Source: a virus. Taken from it: a stretch of DNA of 64,000 nt. The stretch covers positions 1-64,000 of IMG/VR virus record IMGVR_UViG_3300008114_003234; one strand, 5' to 3'. Both the position numbers and the translations under genes were made by a program. This document shows, in pieces, positions 37,793 through 48,421 of the stretch. Every line of letters begins with the position of its first letter. Position 1 is the first letter of the stretch. The notes beneath the pieces were generated by a model, which was given only the letters and a program-made list of their open reading frames with translations, searched no databases and was not told the DNA's origin.

Positions 37793-38269
37793 TTATTTCA
37801 TTTCAATCTCTTTGAGTATAGATTGTAAGTGATTTGCAACTTTATGTGTTTTTAACACTTGACGATTCTTCATTCGACGTTGCACTTCTTTCTCAAATCG
37901 ACTAATCACAATTTTAACATATTCAGACGGAATTGGCATATCTACAAAAGCCGGTACAGAACCTTCAGATCGTTTATACTCAATCAAACTAACTGAACAG
38001 TCTGACTCGGTTGAAGCACCTGGACGAATTATCAAAAGGTAATTGTCATTTTCAATGTGATAGGTATAGTCAATAGAATTAGAACGTAGTTCGGTATTTG
38101 AATCGCCGATTAGTTTCAGACAAATTGAGAAGAGAGGTTTTTGAATCTCGCTCAATTCTGGTCGTTGTTTAGCGTCTAGTGTCTTGATTATGTTCCTACG
38201 GCGACGTTTAAGGTAAACAACTGTCTTTTTGAATTTGTAAAATAACCACTGCTTAAATGTTCTTTTCAT
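37793..38269 (-). CDS. Hypothetical protein
   Basis: Co-oriented ORF only. Confidence 0.5.
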   Translation of the reverse strand: MKRTFKQWLFYKFKKTVVYLKRRRRNIIKTLDAKQRPELSEIQKPLFSICLKLIGDSNTELRSNSIDYTYHIENDNYLLIIRPGASTESDCSVSLIEYKRSEGSVPAFVDMPIPSEYVKIVISRFEKEVQRRMKNRQVLKTHKVANHLQSILKEIEMK

Positions 38270-38289
38270 ATTTATTTTAAGTTTAAAAA

Positions 38290-39411
38290 TTATTGTTCGT
38301 TTTCGTCTTTTGATTCGTATGAATTAGAACCACACTTTTTATCAAAGTCTGAATCTTGTTCAAATCCTTTACAAATTAGTGAGTCTACAATTTGATGCCA
38401 AGTCAACTTTCCTCGATAGTTAAATTGATTCTCTGATACTGATTCAAATGTTGCATCAATATCTATCGAAGTGAGTGTATTTAAAGCATCTTTGTCAATT
38501 TTAGTTGTTCCATCTTTCTTTTCAAGAGTGATAGTGTAAAAACCACCTGTTAACATATCTAAAACGGCATCTTCTTTTAAGTTCAGCACAGGTGATATTT
38601 GACTAACGACTTTTTTAAGTGATTCGTCTAATTCGATTCCTGTTTTATTTAATTGAGATACAAAGAAGTTATATCCATTTGATTCTTCTTTGGGCATTAA
38701 ACTTTTAAGTCTTGAGTTAAGAACTTTAAGTTCATCTTTAAGTTTTACATCTTTTGACTCAGATCTATCAAGTTCTATACGGTTTTTAAAGATCTCGGAT
38801 TCTTTTACTTCAATTCGTTCTTTAAGTTCTTTAATCTTTTCTTGATTCATTTTCTCAAAAGCTTCTTCTAAGAATTTCTTAGATTCTTTCTTTTGTGACT
38901 TTTTTTCTTTCTTTGGTTTTGATACTTCTTCTTGCTTAGTATCTTCAGTATCTTGAAATAGAGCATCTAGAATAGAAAGACCTGATGTAGATATTTCAGA
39001 TTTTTCTTCGAAAATCGAAAACATCTTATCGATTGGTTTTTTATGTTCCACTTCTAGATAGCAGTTTTTGCCTTCTTCATCAAAGAATTCTAAATTAGAA
39101 ACAACAAATTTTTGAACGTAACCTGTGACCTCAGTCGAATCAATATCATCAATAAATCGTTGAATCATATCTGGATTGGATAGATTTGTATCGACTTCTT
39201 CAAAATCTATTGTACCTTCATCTAGGATTGTTACTTTGAATTTCGCGCCTTCTAGCATCATAGAAAACTTCTCACCTTTAATAAAGGCTTCAGTGGAAAG
39301 AAGACGAATCTTACCTTTTAGTCCGGTGACAAAGTTCAAGAATTGACGTTTAGGTTTATACTTTCCTAATTTAGTGGATTTTTCTGTTTCTTTTTCTTTT
39401 TCTTTTTCCAT
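38290..39411 (-). CDS. Hypothetical coiled-coil protein
   Basis: K/E-rich heptad-like middle region; host-type promoter upstream. Confidence 0.55.
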   Translation of the reverse strand: MEKEKEKETEKSTKLGKYKPKRQFLNFVTGLKGKIRLLSTEAFIKGEKFSMMLEGAKFKVTILDEGTIDFEEVDTNLSNPDMIQRFIDDIDSTEVTGYVQKFVVSNLEFFDEEGKNCYLEVEHKKPIDKMFSIFEEKSEISTSGLSILDALFQDTEDTKQEEVSKPKKEKKSQKKESKKFLEEAFEKMNQEKIKELKERIEVKESEIFKNRIELDRSESKDVKLKDELKVLNSRLKSLMPKEESNGYNFFVSQLNKTGIELDESLKKVVSQISPVLNLKEDAVLDMLTGGFYTITLEKKDGTTKIDKDALNTLTSIDIDATFESVSENQFNYRGKLTWHQIVDSLICKGFEQDSDFDKKCGSNSYESKDENEQ

Positions 39412-39428
39412 TATTTACTTATATCTTA

Positions 39429-39459
39429 CAAATATAAGATATAAATATAGTAAAGTCAA
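39429..39459 (-). promoter_or_regulatory. Bacteroidota sigma70-type promoter (TTG-N20-TATATTTG)
   Basis: Minus strand ttg-actttactatatttatatct-tatatttg. Confidence 0.75.
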
Positions 39460-39504
39460 GAAAAATCTACACTATTTCAATTCATGGAACATCATGATAG
39501 TACT

Positions 39505-41121
39505 TTAGACATTATTTGGAAATCCTAAAGCAGCATATCCGTCAGCATGATAACTTAAAATTTTACTACCGTTTGTAGATCCGTTTGTAAAGTATCCTCT
39601 TATTTTCCCGCCTAGTTCTGGTGTGAAATCTAGTAGGTTGTAAGTTATGTATTGTGTATCTAATATGTATGTAGATCCGGATACGTGTACTGTTCTGTTC
39701 ACTGTACAAACTAGTGTGAAATCTGTCTGTTGATTTAAGAATATGTTTACGTTGTGTATTGAACCTGGTAAGTTGTATTGTGAACTTGTTCCGATGATTG
39801 TTTTCTCATCTGTCATTCCGTCTTTTTCGATCGATAGTTTGAATTCATCTCTTACGTTTGCTGCGGCTGCTCCACCATTTATGAATTTTAATGTCAGGTC
39901 GATTTTGACTCCTGTAATGTCTGAAAATGCATGACTAAAGTACCTTGCAATGTTGTATAAAGGGTGAATTGGATCGTATGATGGATTGTAATATTGTCCT
40001 ATTCCGTTATATGCGTTGAATATCGTAACCATTTGCCATTGTGTCGCATCGTAACTGTGTCCTAGATGATTAGTAGTAAATCCTGCAAAATAAAGTGATG
40101 ATCTGACATCTTCCATTCTAATTTTTCTTGGTTCGAATCCTCCTTGGTAATTTGAAGAATTTAAAAGAAGTAGATCCTCGTTTGTAAAGAAATTACTCTG
40201 TGATAGACCCGATACAGTTCTGAAAACCTCTTTAAAAGTCGCTTTTGATAAAGTCGCACCAGTTGTTTCGAATATCGTGTTATTTAGAACTTGTGGTGTG
40301 TTTGTTGGAAGTGAAGAGAAAACTAGACCTGGTCCGGTACCACCAGTGTTCCCTCTACTTCCCTGATATCCTTGTGGGCCACTAGCTGGACCTGTGGGAC
40401 CTATTGGGCCTGTAGGTCCTTGGAATCCAGCACCTGCTGGACCTGTTGGTCCGGTAAATCCTTGACTTCCAGTTGATCCTTGTGAACCCGAACCTGTTGG
40501 TCCTGTAGTACCTTGTCTACCTTGTGGTCCAGTTACACCCTGTCGCCCTTGCGAACCAGTAGGACCTGTAAATCCTTGTCTGCCTTGTGGTCCGGTCATC
40601 CCTGTTGGTCCTCCCGCTGGTCCTGCCGGACCTACCGGTCCTGTTGATCCTGTTGTTCCGGGTATACCTTGTGGACCGGTTGGACCTCCGGCTGGTCCCG
40701 CAGGTCCTATCGGTCCGGTCACCCCTTGTCTACCTGTAGGACCTTGAAATCCAGCACCCGCTGGTCCAGTTGGTCCTGTAAACCCTTGTCTACCTGTAGG
40801 ACCTTGAAACCCAGCTCCTGCAGGTCCGGTTGGACCTGTTCTACCTTGTGGTCCTGAAGGTCCACCAGCCGGACCAGCTGGACCTGTCGAGCCTTGTCTC
40901 CCAGTAAATCCTTGAGTTCCTAGGAATCCTTGACGACCGGTGGGACCTTGTATTCCTTGGTTCCCGGTAGGACCTTGAATTCCTGTGTTTCCTTGAAGAC
41001 CGGTAGAACCCGTTGCTCCGTCTCCTGTGCCTGTCATGGTATTGAATGACAGTTCAGACCCAACCGGGCCAAACTGATTTGTTTGATTTTCTCTGCGCTG
41101 AAATCTGTTCTGTCTATTCAT
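39505..41121 (-). CDS. Collagen-like fibre protein with a C-terminal globular domain
   Basis: Long GPT/GPQ/GRQ Gly-X-Y tract at about 40330-41030. Confidence 0.8.
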   Translation of the reverse strand: MNRQNRFQRRENQTNQFGPVGSELSFNTMTGTGDGATGSTGLQGNTGIQGPTGNQGIQGPTGRQGFLGTQGFTGRQGSTGPAGPAGGPSGPQGRTGPTGPAGAGFQGPTGRQGFTGPTGPAGAGFQGPTGRQGVTGPIGPAGPAGGPTGPQGIPGTTGSTGPVGPAGPAGGPTGMTGPQGRQGFTGPTGSQGRQGVTGPQGRQGTTGPTGSGSQGSTGSQGFTGPTGPAGAGFQGPTGPIGPTGPASGPQGYQGSRGNTGGTGPGLVFSSLPTNTPQVLNNTIFETTGATLSKATFKEVFRTVSGLSQSNFFTNEDLLLLNSSNYQGGFEPRKIRMEDVRSSLYFAGFTTNHLGHSYDATQWQMVTIFNAYNGIGQYYNPSYDPIHPLYNIARYFSHAFSDITGVKIDLTLKFINGGAAAANVRDEFKLSIEKDGMTDEKTIIGTSSQYNLPGSIHNVNIFLNQQTDFTLVCTVNRTVHVSGSTYILDTQYITYNLLDFTPELGGKIRGYFTNGSTNGSKILSYHADGYAALGFPNNV

Positions 41122-41135
41122 GTGATTAAGTTAAT

Positions 41136-44100
41136 TTAATTTTGTAGCCTTTTGGGTGTTATTGTAGATTGTGTAAATGTAGATGGTTGTGTAACATCAT
41201 AAACAATGTATGGCACTATGGCTATTAAACCGGTTCCAGATTGGAAAGTTCCGTTAGTTATCTTTATAATCAATTCAGCAGGTTCTGCGAGTCTGACTAT
41301 ACCTCCTCCGGCCCTTGCGTATGCGACACTGCCTGTTCCCCATGTGAAAATACTCTGTGGTAAAGAAAGTAGTTCTGTACTATCTGTATATCCAAATTCA
41401 GAAAGGGGTGGACTAAAAGGTAGAGGTACTACAGTAGATCCAGTTGTTGTCGACGATCTTTTTAATCCGAATGATACTGAACAACCCACAGATTGAGAAA
41501 AAGACTGACACATGATTACAACTTCCTCCAAAAATATAATTGAATTTTTCGGGAACTCAGTAGAACCACCTCGGGTCTGTCCACTATTTAATGTGATTCC
41601 ACCAGCCCCGGGAATACCACCGAAACCGTGAACCATTTGTCTTTTTGTATTTGTGAAATCTCTTGCTAAAGAGTTTGAGGTAGAAGTACTTGTGTCCAAT
41701 AAATTTTCAACGAAAGTTCTTGTAACTGTATATTCACCAGTCTGATTGTTATTAGTAGAAGACCATCTGAAATTTAATATCTGTGGTTCAACTCTACCAG
41801 CAGCATATTCAACGAGTCTAGTACCATTATAGGCAACAGACCAGGTTTTTCCAACATCAATGCGTTGTAATGGAGAGATTATAAATGTCCAGTTCCTGTC
41901 AATCCCTAAACTCGATGTTGCTGGATTCAAGTTAACCACGACATCAGGATTAGTTAGTCCTGGTGACTCAAATGCGTCACCAGCGTTATAAAATCTAATT
42001 ACAGATGGTGTAGTTCCAGAAGTAAGAGTATAAGAAGCTGTTTGGTCTTCTTTCCATCTCCTTCTCTGAGTTAATGGTTCTAGTGTAGGGCCTGTAGGAC
42101 CTTGAAATCCACTAGATCCTTGAGGACCAGTAACACCCTGTCTTCCTGTTGTTCCAGTGAATCCTTGAGGTCCAGTTGAACCTTGTCTTCCAGTTGGTCC
42201 AGTGAATCCTTGAGGTCCAGTTGAACCTTGTCTTCCAGTTGGTCCAGTAGCATAGTTGTTGTTAATTATGAATCCTGTTGGTCCAGTTGGTCCAGTAAAA
42301 CCTTGTGGACCACCAGCTGGTCCTGTAGCACCTTGAGTTCCCGGTACCCCTGCTGGTCCAGTAGGTCCTGTGGAACCTTGAAATCCTGTTCCACCTGGTC
42401 CACCAACTCCACCAATTCCCACTGGTAACCACGAGATTGTATACATTCTACCAGTAGAATGAGAACCGTTTGAAGACATTAAAGTCAAACCAAATGTACC
42501 ACCAGAAGTGGTATTACCAGTACCTGTAAGTGAAACACTTGTTACAGTATAAATAGCATAGATGGATGACGATCCAACTTCATAAATTTGAAGTATACTA
42601 CCAACACCGATACTAGAGACCCAGTTAAAAGCAGTAGGTGTACTTAAAATACCACCATTATAGGTCCCAGGATTATAAGATATACTTATAGTATTAACAG
42701 AAGCAAAATTTTGAGTGTTGGTTCTAAAAGCACCGTAAGCTAAGGTTAAAACTCCTCTACTTTTATAAATTAGAGAGTTTGCACCAGGATTTCCTTGAAT
42801 ACCTGTATTACCTCGGAGACCTGTAGGACCTTGTATACCGGTTGGACCAAAGTTTCCTTGACTACCAGTTGGACCCTCGATTCCTTGATAACCCTGAACA
42901 CCGGTGTTTCCGGTTAGTAAATAAGAAATCGTATAGATTCTTCCAAGTATTACTGATCCGTTTCCTGATATGAGTTGAACAGAAAGCGTTCGAACACCAC
43001 CTGAAACCGATACTACACTTGATACTCTATAAATGCCATAATTAGAAGAACTACCATGTGCATAAATTTGCAATACAGTTCCCTCTACCACATTAGATAA
43101 CCAGTTAGCCGCATTGCCTGCCGGTAGAACAGTTGCCGAATAATTAGAAGATGTATCGAATATTTGAATAACTGTTACACCATTGAAATTAAGAGTACTT
43201 AGACGGAATCGACCAGCTGTTGCGGCATTTGTTCCACTACTAATATAAATTAATGAATTAGATCCCGGATTTCCTTCAGTACCTTTTGTTCCAGGAGAAC
43301 CTTTTGCTCCCTGAGGTCCGTTTGGTGGACCTGGTTCGCCCATAGGACCAGTTGGACCTGGAACACCTTGTGGACCCAAATCACCTTGTGGACCGGGAGA
43401 TCCCTCAGGTCCAATATCACCTGCAGGACCTTGTGGACCTGGATCACCCGTTAATCCTAATGGACCAGTAGAACCCTGAGCACCAGTTGCATAATTATTT
43501 AATATTAAAAATCCAGTAGGACCTTGTGGTCCAGTAAATCCTTGAGGACCACCAGCAGGTCCAGTAGGTCCTTGAGGACCAGGAGTACCATCAACGCCCA
43601 TTTTTGTGAAAGAGACAGAGAATATGTAAGGACCGTCACCAACAAAAGTAGCCTCAAAATTAGTCATAAGGGTTTCTACACCAAATTTCTTAGTTGCTAC
43701 TTCTGGTGGTGATGGGTCAACATCCCATCCATAAATTTCAGTGACTCTGAATATGTTATAAACCATAGGTACTCCAAATTCGATACCACCATATGATAGA
43801 TCAGTAAGAAATAGACCGTCTCTTTGTACATAACAAGATATAATATCACCAACTTCTATTTGATCGACCCAAGTTGTTGCATTTCCCGGAATAAGAGTCA
43901 CCGGATCGTATCCTTGTAAGGAGGTATTAGAAATCCATAAGTACTGGTTGTTTGGATTAAAGTGATAGTCAGTATAGAAGTAACCAGAACCTAGAAAGTC
44001 AGAGGGTGGAGATGCAATTACATCACCAGCCGCATAAGAAAAATACAGTGAGTTAGAGCCAGGTAGTCCAGGTGCACCGGTCGCCCCTATCCCAGAAGAT

Positions 44101-44798
44101 ATTGCACTGGCCTTTGTTACCGAGACTCCCATAATTGGACCGCTACCAGAATTAACCGATATGAAGGTCTCAAAACCAGGAGTCAAGTTTGTGACGTTAA
44201 AATACCTAGTCGATCTATTTCCCGGAGTCGGATTACTCGTCCAGTCACCTACACTATTTACTTTGTAAGTTACAGTAACAGTTGTACTAATACCTTCCTG
44301 ATTCCAAGTTACATCTCCCTCGGGTGGGAATATATCAATTGGTTCATAAACATGAACATGAATAAAGTCACCAGGTTCTATATTATTAACAAAGTAATAA
44401 GCATTTCCCAGATCGGACACATATCCAACTACTTCGGGGAAGTTTTGAAAATAAGGACTTTCCCAAATTATAGATGCGCTGAATCCATAAAGAGATGTAT
44501 TTGATAGCCATAAGTGTTCATTACCTTCTTTTATACCATTATCTATCGCAATCATTCCAGGTGAAACAGTACCAGAATCTAAGTTATTCATTAGTTGAGA
44601 AGAAAACGGATTACTACCATCATCAAAGAAGTATCTGAACAGTAAAACATTTGAATCAAAGGCAGACTGTTGGTTAACAAAAGGATTAAGATTAAAATCC
44701 CCAACATGTAGAGGATTAAACGACACCTCTCCATTAGGACCTGACTGTTGATTATTTTGAGAATCTTGATTTTCCCTGGACCACCATTTTCTATTCAT
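41136..44798 (-). CDS. Collagen-like fibre protein sharing modules with the 1-6708 protein
   Basis: Four Gly-X-Y tracts separated by PGxNSL.Y...W...I..G..LQIY modules; C-terminal [11 protein letters not shown]...[11 protein letters not shown] module. Confidence 0.8.
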   Translation of the reverse strand: MNRKWWSRENQDSQNNQQSGPNGEVSFNPLHVGDFNLNPFVNQQSAFDSNVLLFRYFFDDGSNPFSSQLMNNLDSGTVSPGMIAIDNGIKEGNEHLWLSNTSLYGFSASIIWESPYFQNFPEVVGYVSDLGNAYYFVNNIEPGDFIHVHVYEPIDIFPPEGDVTWNQEGISTTVTVTYKVNSVGDWTSNPTPGNRSTRYFNVTNLTPGFETFISVNSGSGPIMGVSVTKASAISSGIGATGAPGLPGSNSLYFSYAAGDVIASPPSDFLGSGYFYTDYHFNPNNQYLWISNTSLQGYDPVTLIPGNATTWVDQIEVGDIISCYVQRDGLFLTDLSYGGIEFGVPMVYNIFRVTEIYGWDVDPSPPEVATKKFGVETLMTNFEATFVGDGPYIFSVSFTKMGVDGTPGPQGPTGPAGGPQGFTGPQGPTGFLILNNYATGAQGSTGPLGLTGDPGPQGPAGDIGPEGSPGPQGDLGPQGVPGPTGPMGEPGPPNGPQGAKGSPGTKGTEGNPGSNSLIYISSGTNAATAGRFRLSTLNFNGVTVIQIFDTSSNYSATVLPAGNAANWLSNVVEGTVLQIYAHGSSSNYGIYRVSSVVSVSGGVRTLSVQLISGNGSVILGRIYTISYLLTGNTGVQGYQGIEGPTGSQGNFGPTGIQGPTGLRGNTGIQGNPGANSLIYKSRGVLTLAYGAFRTNTQNFASVNTISISYNPGTYNGGILSTPTAFNWVSSIGVGSILQIYEVGSSSIYAIYTVTSVSLTGTGNTTSGGTFGLTLMSSNGSHSTGRMYTISWLPVGIGGVGGPGGTGFQGSTGPTGPAGVPGTQGATGPAGGPQGFTGPTGPTGFIINNNYATGPTGRQGSTGPQGFTGPTGRQGSTGPQGFTGTTGRQGVTGPQGSSGFQGPTGPTLEPLTQRRRWKEDQTASYTLTSGTTPSVIRFYNAGDAFESPGLTNPDVVVNLNPATSSLGIDRNWTFIISPLQRIDVGKTWSVAYNGTRLVEYAAGRVEPQILNFRWSSTNNNQTGEYTVTRTFVENLLDTSTSTSNSLARDFTNTKRQMVHGFGGIPGAGGITLNSGQTRGGSTEFPKNSIIFLEEVVIMCQSFSQSVGCSVSFGLKRSSTTTGSTVVPLPFSPPLSEFGYTDSTELLSLPQSIFTWGTGSVAYARAGGGIVRLAEPAELIIKITNGTFQSGTGLIAIVPYIVYDVTQPSTFTQSTITPKRLQN
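42154..42248 (-). repeat. Perfect 45-bp tandem duplication in collagen tract
   Basis: ccagtgaatccttgaggtccagttgaaccttgtcttccagttggt at 42154-42198 and 42199-42243. Confidence 0.9.
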
Positions 44799-44894
44799 AC
44801 TTTTTAATTATTTTTCATATACGAAGAGCACTTCTTATACTATTTATTAAAAAGTGGAAACGAAAAATTAATTAATTACGAAAAATAGAAAAAA

Positions 44895-45272
44895 CTATAT
44901 ATGTTTTTTTAAAACTTCCAAGTATTTTTCAGAAAAGTATTTTGATTCATTTGAACCAAAAGTTAATTTTTCTTTAAATATTAATAAATTAAACTTTTTC
45001 TTTTGAGAAAGTTCTTTATTTTTATCTGAAAATTGTATTTTAACTAAATCAGCAATTCTTTTCTGAGCAAAGTAGATATAATACATCTTATACTTTGTTC
45101 TGATATCTTTAATATTTTCTAAATCAAAAATTGAATACTTATCATAATCAATACTTGATCTGAATTTTCTAGCAGTCACGTATAAATTTGTACGTATTGT
45201 ATCAAAATCTTGATTAACTAACATCTTTTGAATGTTGTTATCGATCATCTGCTTAATTCTCTCTGGTCTCAT
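44895..45272 (-). CDS. Hypothetical protein
   Basis: Co-oriented ORF only. Confidence 0.45.
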   Translation of the reverse strand: MRPERIKQMIDNNIQKMLVNQDFDTIRTNLYVTARKFRSSIDYDKYSIFDLENIKDIRTKYKMYYIYFAQKRIADLVKIQFSDKNKELSQKKKFNLLIFKEKLTFGSNESKYFSEKYLEVLKKHI

Positions 45273-45274
45273 AA

Positions 45275-45862
45275 CTATCGATTATTAAAAAACTTCTGAA
45301 TGAAAAAAATACACAAACCACAAATAAATCCACCAATGTGAGCAAGGTGTGAGATATTATCTTTAGAATAGATTTGAAGTAAAACTTCTGAAATAATTAA
45401 AAGTGAAGTTAAATATTTAGCTCGTATTGCAATAGGTAAGAATATAATTCCAAGATATTGATTTGGATTTAAAAGTGTCCAAATTGAAAGTAATCCGAAT
45501 ATAGCACCAGATGCACCAACCATTGGGTTTGTAGAATCTGATATACTAAGATGAAAAAATGCAGCATATACACCACAAAATAAATAATAGACTAAAAAGT
45601 TAGATCCTAACCACTTCTCAACATCTTTTCCAATGGTATAAAGACCTATCATATTAAATAATAAATGAAAAAAACCACCATGTAAAAATTGATGTGTGAT
45701 TAATTGATAGTAATGAAAGTTTGATGGTTGAAGAGCAAAAAGACGAATTAATTCACTTTCTTGAGAAAGGATACCACAGAAAAATGAAATTACAAACATA
45801 ATAATATTCGCAATTACTATTTTCCCAGTGACGGTTTCTCTAAGTTTTTGGTAAAATATCAT
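45275..45862 (-). CDS. Rhomboid family intramembrane serine protease
   Basis: THQFLHGGFFHLLFNM, GASGA catalytic Ser, SHLAHIGG catalytic His; multiple hydrophobic helices. Confidence 0.9.
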   Translation of the reverse strand: MIFYQKLRETVTGKIVIANIIMFVISFFCGILSQESELIRLFALQPSNFHYYQLITHQFLHGGFFHLLFNMIGLYTIGKDVEKWLGSNFLVYYLFCGVYAAFFHLSISDSTNPMVGASGAIFGLLSIWTLLNPNQYLGIIFLPIAIRAKYLTSLLIISEVLLQIYSKDNISHLAHIGGFICGLCIFFIQKFFNNR

Positions 45863-45886
45863 AATAACAAATATAAATTATAAATA

Positions 45887-46240
45887 TCAATCTAACAAAT
45901 TTTTTAAAATAAACTCTCTTTTAAGTTCTTTTAATTTTACTAAATTGTCTCTGTGAAGATCTTCTATTTCGATGCTCATAGATTGACTTCGAGTGTCAAA
46001 GTTTAAAGTTCTCTCGATATCTTTAATAAATTTATTAATTTGTTCAAATTTTAAAGGTTTAGAATTATACTTAATAAAATCATTTTTAATATAGTGTGGC
46101 ATTTTACTAACATCATCCAATTTTTCTTCACTATCTACTAAAATCCAGTAGACATCATCAGATTTATAAATTATATGAGACATTCTAGTTAAACTATCTA
46201 AATGATACTTAACTATGGTTAATAAAGCTCCCTCTATCAT
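45887..46240 (-). CDS. Hypothetical protein
   Basis: C-terminal REFILKNLLD. Confidence 0.5.
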   Translation of the reverse strand: MIEGALLTIVKYHLDSLTRMSHIIYKSDDVYWILVDSEEKLDDVSKMPHYIKNDFIKYNSKPLKFEQINKFIKDIERTLNFDTRSQSMSIEIEDLHRDNLVKLKELKREFILKNLLD

Positions 46241-47469
46241 TTAATTTTCTGTTTTAATTCATTAAGGTCCGTAAGGTATAAGTCTTTAGGTTCAATAGAT
46301 TTTAACTTCTCAATTTCCTCTTTTTTAGACGTGAATTCTGATTTAAGTTTTTCAAACATTTCTTTGGTTAGAGAGTAGATTGGCATTCTTAGTAGATAAT
46401 CATAGGAATCATCTATTTTTTCAATTGAGTTTTCTTCTATTTGAACGATAATATCGTCTTTTGGCTTATTGTTAATTTCAATTTTACCATCTAGTACACA
46501 TTTTATAAACTTACCTCTGTTTCCAAGTAATTTTAACTCACTTTGAAGTTTTGATAATTGATAGTCTTTTCTTTTTTGATAATAAGTTAGTCTGAAATCA
46601 ACAAAGTATTTTATAATTTCTTCAACACTTTCAAATATTTTTAACTTGCCATTTTCATCGAGAGTATTGAAGTTTTCCGTTTCATTCTCTTCAAGTTTAA
46701 GCAGTTTATATAATTTTTCAGTGTCATGTGACTCTAAATCAACTCTGGTGAACTTTATTGTGTAATCTATATTGTCTTTACAATTATCATCATAAGAAAC
46801 AATATCTTTATTATCAATTAACTTATCAAGTACCTCTTCATACTTCTCATAAGTCATTGATGGCGGAAGCTCAGTAATCTTTACGGTTGTAGTATTTACT
46901 TTTTCAAATTTTCCTCTAATATGCCATTTTTTTGGGTTATCTACGTCTTGAATATACTCACCTGTAAATCCTTGTAAGAATGGTGAAATTTTTGCTATTT
47001 TACCGTCTTTTAAATATTTCACACAAACACTAATTAGTTCTTTCAAGTCTCGATTTAAGATGTTAGATGCAAAACCTACAGCAATTCCAGAACCACCATT
47101 CACAAGAACAGTTGGAACTATAGGTAAGAAATAAGTCGGTTCAATTTTTTCACCTTCTTCTTCTTTGTATTCTAGAAGTTCAAAATCTTTATAGATTAAT
47201 CTAAAATTAGGACTTAATTTAGTACCAATATATCTCGGTGCTCCTGCTTGAGGGGACCTTAGAGAACCGAATTGACCATCTTCTTCTAAAAGTGGTACAT
47301 TGTTTTTAAACTTTTGAGCTAAATTAATGACAGCAGAATTTAAAGATGAGTTGTGAGTTACTAACATTGCATTCTTGTTTATCAAAAAATTATGATATTT
47401 ATTTACTGTTATATCATAGAATTTTTTCTCCTCATCTAGTACGATTTTTTTAACTGATTTTATTTTCAT
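46237..47469 (-). CDS. Split-intein C-half (40 aa) fused to the C-terminal part of type IIA topoisomerase A subunit (T4 gp52-like)
   Basis: MKIKSVKK...FYDITV..YHNF...VTHN then SSL...; extein has GQFGSL, GAPRYI (active Tyr), LVNG.SGIAVG, ITELP; no gyrase C-terminal domain. Confidence 0.9.
   Translation of the reverse strand: MKIKSVKKIVLDEEKKFYDITVNKYHNFLINKNAMLVTHNSSLNSAVINLAQKFKNNVPLLEEDGQFGSLRSPQAGAPRYIGTKLSPNFRLIYKDFELLEYKEEEGEKIEPTYFLPIVPTVLVNGGSGIAVGFASNILNRDLKELISVCVKYLKDGKIAKISPFLQGFTGEYIQDVDNPKKWHIRGKFEKVNTTTVKITELPPSMTYEKYEEVLDKLIDNKDIVSYDDNCKDNIDYTIKFTRVDLESHDTEKLYKLLKLEENETENFNTLDENGKLKIFESVEEIIKYFVDFRLTYYQKRKDYQLSKLQSELKLLGNRGKFIKCVLDGKIEINNKPKDDIIVQIEENSIEKIDDSYDYLLRMPIYSLTKEMFEKLKSEFTSKKEEIEKLKSIEPKDLYLTDLNELKQKIK
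47350..47469 (-). other. Intein C fragment (IntC)
   Basis: Block F (YDITV) and block G (HN); Ser+1 codon at 47347-47349. Confidence 0.9.
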
Positions 47470-48373
47470 TTATAAACTCTTTACAATTTTTGATATTTGT
47501 TTCTATAGGTACATCTGACCAAATTTCCAATATTTTGAACCCTCTTTTTGTCGCAACTTTGTTTTTAATACGAGTTTTTTTTACGTTAGTTTTCCAATTT
47601 TCATTTGTAAATGGATTTCTCCATTTTTTTCTATCTGGATCATCTTCTCTTACGTGAAAAGTAGTGCCATGGAATTCTATAATCAACTTTTCACTTCTAA
47701 TTGTGAAATCATAGAAATAAACTCTCTTACCAGTTTGAATGAAAAATTCACTTTTATTTTCATTACCGATATAAATGTCATCCTCACTTAAACCAATTTC
47801 TATGCACCAATTGTATAATTCTCCAAACACTAACATTGATTCTTTAGAGGCCTTTCCGAAAGTGTGTTGTCTAGGATCGAATCCTAACTCTAAGATAAAT
47901 CTATCGTGTGATCTTAGCCAGTTTTCTTTAAATAAATTCGGATTCTGTTCAATTGTCTTTTTAAGAGTATCTTTTTTTCTTTTCTTAATCGATTCATGTT
48001 CAGATACATTATTCACACCGTATTTTTCCAACAAAGTCATTTTCATTTTTTCTTTGACTGATTTTCTCTGAAAAATATTTGATATTCCTTCATTATTCAT
48101 CATGTCTTCTTGCCATTTTAGTCTAGATTTCGAGTTTTTATAAAAATTATGTGGTGTACCACAAGACTTTAGAAAACTTCTCTCCTTCAGATCTCGTGAA
48201 CATTTTAAGGAGCAGGTTTGATTCTGTTTATGATGAAACTCAACTTCACAAATTGGACAAATTCTGAATTTCCTACAATCTGGACACAATTTAAATTTAT
48301 CTGGATTCTTTTCCATCCATTTCGGCGAAATTGATTTATTGTGGAACTCACTATTACATCTATTACATATCAT
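47450..48373 (-). CDS. Free-standing putative homing endonuclease (N-terminal Zn fingers, C-terminal Vsr-like PD-(D/E)xK domain)
   Basis: CNRC, CPDC, CPIC, CSLKC; LEKYGVNNVS repeat-like segment; YFYDF....LIIEFHG..FH and ILEIW nuclease motifs; sits between the intein halves. Confidence 0.75.
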   Translation of the reverse strand: MICNRCNSEFHNKSISPKWMEKNPDKFKLCPDCRKFRICPICEVEFHHKQNQTCSLKCSRDLKERSFLKSCGTPHNFYKNSKSRLKWQEDMMNNEGISNIFQRKSVKEKMKMTLLEKYGVNNVSEHESIKKRKKDTLKKTIEQNPNLFKENWLRSHDRFILELGFDPRQHTFGKASKESMLVFGELYNWCIEIGLSEDDIYIGNENKSEFFIQTGKRVYFYDFTIRSEKLIIEFHGTTFHVREDDPDRKKWRNPFTNENWKTNVKKTRIKNKVATKRGFKILEIWSDVPIETNIKNCKEFINENKIS

Positions 48374-48421
48374 AATCTATATATAAAAATTCTAATATTG
48401 TAATTTTTACCACCATGGAGA

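Noticed and set aside
39743-43712. Short ORFs overlapping the minus-strand collagen genes
   Set aside because: Frame shadows of Gly-X-Y repeats.
1-44798. Invertible fibre shufflon or diversity-generating retroelement
   Set aside because: No recombinase, reverse transcriptase, long inverted repeat or TR/VR pair seen; paralogous segments differ at synonymous sites.
44818-44839. Small hairpin in the leader of the 1220-aa collagen gene
   Set aside because: Only a 4+4-bp AT-rich stem with a mismatch; not distinguishable from chance.
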